The notes under the pieces are model-generated. The model saw only the letters and a program-made list of their open reading frames with translations, did not search any database and was not told the DNA's origin. This document shows positions 59,383 through 64,000 of a stretch of DNA of 64,000 nucleotides, in pieces. Numbering within the stretch: position 1 is the first letter of the stretch; the number at the start of each line of letters is the position of its first letter. Source of the stretch: Leptonemataceae bacterium. GTDB lineage: Bacteria; Spirochaetota; Leptospiria; Leptospirales; Leptonemataceae. A program made the translations under genes and the position numbers. The DNA lies in assembly GCA_965227295.1 (NCBI GenBank), contig OZ245742.1, positions 3,520,001-3,584,000 on the forward strand, read 5' to 3'.

Positions 59383-60222
59383 GTGAAACCTGCTCCCATG
59401 CAGCTCGCCCTCGATTCCACGCTCACACTCAACAACGGCGCCGAAATTCCGCGTCTGGGTCTCGGCGTATATCAAAGTGCTCCGGGGGATGAAACCCTTC
59501 GCGCGGTGTACAGCGCGCTGGAAGTCGGCTACCGGCACATCGATACGGCGTCCGTTTATGGAAACGAAGCGGACGTCGGTGCGGCCGTAGCGGCCTCCGG
59601 CCTGGCGCGCGAAGACCTGTTCATAACGACGAAGCTGTGGAATCAGGACCACGGACTCAAGTCCACGCTCCGGGCCTGTCGCGAAAGTCTGGAGCGATTG
59701 GACTTAGAGTACGTTGATCTGTACTTAATCCACTGGCCCGTCCCCGACGCGCGCCAGGAATCGTATCAGGCCCTGGAGCTGCTCTACGAGGAGGGCCTCT
59801 GCCGGGCCATCGGTGTCTCGAACTACACGATCGCCCATCTGGAAGAGCTGCTGGCCGGGGCGAGTACCGTGCCGGCGGTCAATCAGGTGGAGTATCATCC
59901 GTACCTGCATCAACGCGATCTCAAAGACTTCTGCGCCTTGCAGCAGATCGCCCTCGAAGCTTATTCCCCCCTCGTGCGCGCCCAACGCTTCGACGATGAA
60001 CGATTGAAGAACGTCGCGCGCAAGTACGGAAAGAGCCCGGCACAGATTCTCATTCGTTGGTCGCTCGAGCAGGGAAACATCGTCATTCCGAAGTCCGTGC
60101 ACCCGGAACGCATCCGCGAGAACGCCGACGTCTTCGACTTTGCCCTGGATGAGGACGATCAGGCGCGGCTGAACGGCCTCCACGAAAACCTGCGCACCTG
60201 CTGGGACCCGACGAACGTCTGA
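59383..60222 (+). CDS. Aldo/keto reductase (2,5-DKG reductase-like)
   Basis: GYRHIDTA..YGNE, DLYLIHWP, IGVSNY, NQVEYHP, IPKS. Confidence 0.93.
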   Translation: MKPAPMQLALDSTLTLNNGAEIPRLGLGVYQSAPGDETLRAVYSALEVGYRHIDTASVYGNEADVGAAVAASGLAREDLFITTKLWNQDHGLKSTLRACRESLERLDLEYVDLYLIHWPVPDARQESYQALELLYEEGLCRAIGVSNYTIAHLEELLAGASTVPAVNQVEYHPYLHQRDLKDFCALQQIALEAYSPLVRAQRFDDERLKNVARKYGKSPAQILIRWSLEQGNIVIPKSVHPERIRENADVFDFALDEDDQARLNGLHENLRTCWDPTNV

Positions 60223-60227
60223 TCGCT

Positions 60228-60821
60228 TCAGCTACCCAGGCCGGCGAAGAGCACTTTCAAGAGCGCCCGTAGCCCCGCCTCGCGGTTTTCACCGAGATTC
60301 TCCACAACCAGGCGAGGATGATGAAAGGCGATCGTGCCCTCGAAGAGGGCCGTCGCACAGGCCTGGGCCGAGCGATTGCGGAATACTCCGTCTTTCAGGG
60401 CGTCGGCGCACATGCGTCTTAACTGTGACTGAGTGGTATTTAGATGATCCATGACGAACGGTCGTGTTTTTTCGGCGGACATGTTGAAGGCCGCGAACAG
60501 CTCCGGATCCCGGGACACCTTGTCACGTTTGAGGCGATGCAGGCTGAGAAACCACTCGCTGATTCGTGCCTCCGCGGATTTGTTTTTGGCCGCGACTTTT
60601 TCCAGTTCGTTGTCGATGCGGGATAACCAGCGTTCCGAGACGCCGTCCATGAGCGCCTCTTTGTCGGCGAAGTGTTTGTAGAGCGCCGCATGGGAAAGTT
60701 CCATGCGGCGCGCCACGTCCGTAAGCTTCATACGTGCGGCACCGCTGCGGCGAATTTCTTCTTCCGCGGCGTCCAGTGCGCGATCGTGTAGTTCTTCCGC
60801 TGTGAGTCCCGTACGGGGCAT
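60228..60821 (-). CDS. TetR family transcriptional regulator
   Basis: LTDVARRMELSHAALYKHFADKEAL HTH; start re-set to MPRTGL. Confidence 0.9.
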   Translation of the reverse strand: MPRTGLTAEELHDRALDAAEEEIRRSGAARMKLTDVARRMELSHAALYKHFADKEALMDGVSERWLSRIDNELEKVAAKNKSAEARISEWFLSLHRLKRDKVSRDPELFAAFNMSAEKTRPFVMDHLNTTQSQLRRMCADALKDGVFRNRSAQACATALFEGTIAFHHPRLVVENLGENREAGLRALLKVLFAGLGS

Positions 60822-60837
60822 GTTCGTGGTCCGTGCA

Positions 60838-61824
60838 TCAGCGGACGACCATCGCCATTTGCGCCTCGGGATAACGGTCCCCTTGAATAGCGCCTTCCGG
60901 GAACAACTCATCCAGTCGGCGGAGGTCTTCCTTATCGAGACGAATGTCCAGCGCCGCCAGGTTTTCTTCGAGTCGCCGCCGGTTCGTCGTGGCCAGGAGC
61001 GGGATGACGTTGTCGCCCTGATGCAGGACCCAGGAGATCGCCAGTTGGGCCGGCGTGCAACTTTTTTCCCGCGCCATATCTTCCAGCAAGGCCACGCGTT
61101 TTTTATTCTCCGAGAAATTCTCGCCGCTGAATCGAGGAATGTGCGCGCGGAAGTCGCCGGCTGCCAACTGCGTCACCCTGCCGGACAGCAAACCGCGCGA
61201 AAGTACACCGTAGGCGACGACGGCGACACCGAGTTCCCGCGCCGTTTGCAACAGTTCCCGTTCAATGATCCGCGTGCCGAGGGAGTACTCCACTTCCAGG
61301 GCAGAAACCGGATGCACCGCATGCGCCCGGCGGAGTTGTTCCGGCGACGCCTCGGAGAGACCGAGATAACGCACGTGACCGGCATCGATCAATTCTTTGA
61401 TCGCCCCGACAGTGTCTTCGATCGGCACCGTGGGGTCCACTCGCGCCGGTTGATAGAGATCGATGACATCCCGGCCCAGGCGGACCAGCGAATACGCGGC
61501 AAAGCTCTTTACGGCCTGGGGTCGGCCATCGAAGCCGACGAACTCTCCCCCGGGACCGCGCATGGCGCCGAATTTCACGCTGAGCAACGGCTGCCTGCTG
61601 CGCTCTGCCAGGGCGCGGCGTAGCAGCAGTTCGTTGTGGCCAAGGCCGTAAAAATCACCGGTGTTCAGAAAACCGATGCCCGCATCCAGGGCCGCCTCTA
61701 GCACAGCCACGCTCTCGGCTTCGTCGTTGGCCCTGGAACCATAGAAATCCGACATGCCCATGCAGCCGAAACCCACTCCCAGGGGGATCGCCGGGCCGTT
61801 TTTTCCCAGTGTCTTGTTTTGCAT
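60838..61824 (-). CDS. Aldo/keto reductase
   Basis: GFGCMGMS, TGDFYG.GHNE, IDLYQPAR, GLSE, EYSL; GAGGAG RBS. Confidence 0.93.
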   Translation of the reverse strand: MQNKTLGKNGPAIPLGVGFGCMGMSDFYGSRANDEAESVAVLEAALDAGIGFLNTGDFYGLGHNELLLRRALAERSRQPLLSVKFGAMRGPGGEFVGFDGRPQAVKSFAAYSLVRLGRDVIDLYQPARVDPTVPIEDTVGAIKELIDAGHVRYLGLSEASPEQLRRAHAVHPVSALEVEYSLGTRIIERELLQTARELGVAVVAYGVLSRGLLSGRVTQLAAGDFRAHIPRFSGENFSENKKRVALLEDMAREKSCTPAQLAISWVLHQGDNVIPLLATTNRRRLEENLAALDIRLDKEDLRRLDELFPEGAIQGDRYPEAQMAMVVR

Positions 61825-61853
61825 AATTTGCTCCTCTTCGCTCGAAAACAAAA

Positions 61854-61884
61854 GTTTCAAGTAACGAAAAATGTAATTTGAAAC
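61854..61884. promoter_or_regulatory. Imperfect palindrome, putative TetR operator
   Basis: GTTTCAA-GTAAC-N7-GTAAT-TTGAAAC just upstream of the AKR-tetR operon. Confidence 0.5.
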
Positions 61885-61995
61885 CATGGCGCACGGCGGC
61901 GCTGAAAAGTCAATCGAATTCCCCTACAGGTTTTTTCGAACGCCGGCAGGGCCGGGAAAGGCTTGCGTCTCTGCCGTGCGCTGCGAAACCGAGAC

Positions 61996-62784
61996 ATGGC
62001 ATCACCCGTAGCACTCATCACCGGCGCGAGCACCGGCATCGGATACGAACTCGCGAAACTCTTCGCCGCCGACGGTTACGACCTCATCCTGGTGGCGCGC
62101 AGCAAGCAGCGCCTGGAAAGCGTGGCCCAGGAAATCAAAGACAGTTACGGCACCGGCGCGGCCGTCCTGCCGGCGGATCTCAGCGACCCGGGAGCGCCCG
62201 CTATGATTCGGGCCACCGTCGAGAAGTCCGGACGCAGTGTGGACGTGCTGGTGAACAACGCGGGTTTTGGAACCAACGGCGCCTTTGCCGACCTCGATCT
62301 TCAGGGTGAACTGAATATGATCCAGGTGAACGTAACGGCCCTGGTCGAACTCACGCATCTTTTCCTGGGAGATATGATCGCCCGCAAGTCCGGGAAAATT
62401 CTGAACGTCGCTTCCACGGCCGGCTTCCAGCCCGGGCCGCTCATGGCGAACTACTATGCCTCGAAGGCCTACGTGCTCTCGTTTTCCGAGGGCCTGGCCG
62501 AGGAGGTCCGCAGCCAGGGCGTCAGCGTGACATGCCTCTGTCCCGGCGCCACGGAGACCCCGTTCTTCGACCGCGCGAAGATGGACGGGGTGCGCCTGCG
62601 GGAAGGGGGCATGAATGCAATCATGAGTCCCGAAGATGTCGCGCGCATCGGCTACCGGGCCATGAACCGCGGCAAGACTGTCGTCATTTCCGGGCTGATG
62701 AACAAGCTCCTGGCCTTTTCTGTACGCCTTACGCCGCGAGCCGTCATTCGCAAGATTGCAAAGTATCTCAACGGCAAGGGCTGA
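61996..62784 (+). CDS. Short-chain dehydrogenase/reductase
   Basis: TGASTGIG, NNAG, YYASK (YxxxK). Confidence 0.93.
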   Translation: MASPVALITGASTGIGYELAKLFAADGYDLILVARSKQRLESVAQEIKDSYGTGAAVLPADLSDPGAPAMIRATVEKSGRSVDVLVNNAGFGTNGAFADLDLQGELNMIQVNVTALVELTHLFLGDMIARKSGKILNVASTAGFQPGPLMANYYASKAYVLSFSEGLAEEVRSQGVSVTCLCPGATETPFFDRAKMDGVRLREGGMNAIMSPEDVARIGYRAMNRGKTVVISGLMNKLLAFSVRLTPRAVIRKIAKYLNGKG

Positions 62785-62948
62785 ACGAACCGACGCGACG
62801 CTGTTTCGCATCGCACCAAATACATCCACACGATCTGCGCGATTCGGGCCGATCATGCACAGGTAGGTCCCGGTTTGCTCGTTTTTTCGCGGGAAAAATC
62901 GGGTTGGCGCTGATGCGCCGCAAAAAGAAGTGGTAAAACCACGGCTTT

Positions 62949-63665
62949 ATGTCCAACATGTTGCAAATGGAACGCACGGAGCTCAAGGATCGTGAGTCGC
63001 TCGTAGAAGCGGTGCGACACGGGAACGTGATCCGTCTCCACGGCTTCTTTACGATGCCGAACCTCACCCGGAAGCTTGAGCTGGCCCTTCGAACCGTCCT
63101 CAAGCACTATCGTCGTGCAGAACTCGGCGACTGCCTCTACGCCTGCGTGGTCGAGATGGTCACCAACGCTTCCCGGGCGAACATGAAACACGCCCATTTT
63201 CTCGACGCCTCGCTGGACCCGGACGATCCCGAGCAGTATGCCCGCGGCACCCGGGATTTTCGGCGGCAGCGCCACGAGGACGCCTGGCTGAAGACCTATC
63301 GCCGCCGCGTGCGCGAACTGGGTTTGACCATCGACGTGGTCTTTCATCACGGCGACGAGGGGCTGCGCATCGAAGTCATCAACAACCTACCCCTGCTATC
63401 ACCGGACGAGCGCCGTATTCGCGAAAAGTTCGCCCACGCCATGCGCTCCGGCGACATCTACGAGTTCTTTCAGGATCACGGCGACGATACCGAAGGCCAG
63501 GGCCTGGGCTTTGCCATGAACGTTCTGTTTCTGCGCTCCGAGAACATCGATCCAGGCCTCTTTCGCATTGGTTCCAGCAACGGCCGGACGGTGGCCCGCC
63601 TGGAAATTCCCTTTTCGCCCTCCTATCGCAGCGTCCGCGCGAAGGAATTCACAGAGATTTCATAA
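62949..63665 (+). CDS. GHKL/HATPase-like protein without recognisable H-box
   Basis: EMVTNASRAN, EGQGLGF; paralogue of 40321-41097. Confidence 0.7.
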   Translation: MSNMLQMERTELKDRESLVEAVRHGNVIRLHGFFTMPNLTRKLELALRTVLKHYRRAELGDCLYACVVEMVTNASRANMKHAHFLDASLDPDDPEQYARGTRDFRRQRHEDAWLKTYRRRVRELGLTIDVVFHHGDEGLRIEVINNLPLLSPDERRIREKFAHAMRSGDIYEFFQDHGDDTEGQGLGFAMNVLFLRSENIDPGLFRIGSSNGRTVARLEIPFSPSYRSVRAKEFTEIS

Positions 63666-63711
63666 TTCTGTCGGGCAATTGCCGGCGGATGTGATTATAC
63701 TGTCCTACGTT

Positions 63712-64000
63712 ATGATCGAACCCTCTGAGTCCTCCGGCGCCGTATCACGCGTTGTTCGTTTCGAAGATCTCGAAGACTACGAGAACGTGGTCCATCGTGA
63801 GAGCATCCTGGACGGCGTCAACGCCGGCGATGCCGTCCAGTTCCGCATGTTTTCCCCCGGCGATCAAATGGAGCGCCAGCTCGATTTCACCGTCGCCGCC
63901 ATCCTCAAGAAATACGCCCGTGAATCGCTCCAGGCCACGATCTACACGTGCCTCAAAGAACTCGTCATCAATGCCACGAAGGCCGCGGCGCGCCTGGCTT
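63712..64000 (+). CDS. Third GHKL-like paralogue, 3'-truncated by window edge
   Basis: Manual translation from ATG 63712 ends ...ILKKYARESLQATIYTCLKELVINATKA, matching the family N-box. Confidence 0.7.
   Translation, partial: MIEPSESSGAVSRVVRFEDLEDYENVVHRESILDGVNAGDAVQFRMFSPGDQMERQLDFTVAAILKKYARESLQATIYTCLKELVINATKAAARLA

Overview
GC-rich bacterial chromosomal segment, most likely from a Leptospirales/Leptospiraceae-like spirochaete (inferred from FapA/DUF342 paralogues, the miaA-hfq arrangement, spirochaete-type GAF and GHKL-like proteins and atp operon layout). Mostly core genome: hemB, hisI, aroA, rel/spoT, cell-wall enzymes, lepB, a complete F1Fo operon, thrC, apaG, a FapA-cheR-yicC-gmk-miaA-hfq cluster, manC, flgF/G and several oxidoreductases. 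No transposase, integrase, rRNA, tRNA or CRISPR array was recognised. The most unusual signals are: (1) a tandemly duplicated ~167-nt non-coding element at 41.1-41.65 kb whose substitutions preserve hairpins (candidate novel structured RNA pair); (2) a locus at 5.5-10.0 kb with a porin, a flavinylation-motif FMN-binding protein, two paralogous His-bearing membrane proteins and an exported glutaredoxin, linked by a shared Fur-like operator; (3) a dispersed repeat built from GC-GNA-GC mini-hairpins; (4) two adjacent acidic disordered proteins with repeated short motifs; (5) a 29-aa bS22-like ribosomal protein gene and a probable CTG-initiated amidase, both missed or truncated by the ORF track. 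All family assignments are from motif recognition by eye; no searches were run.
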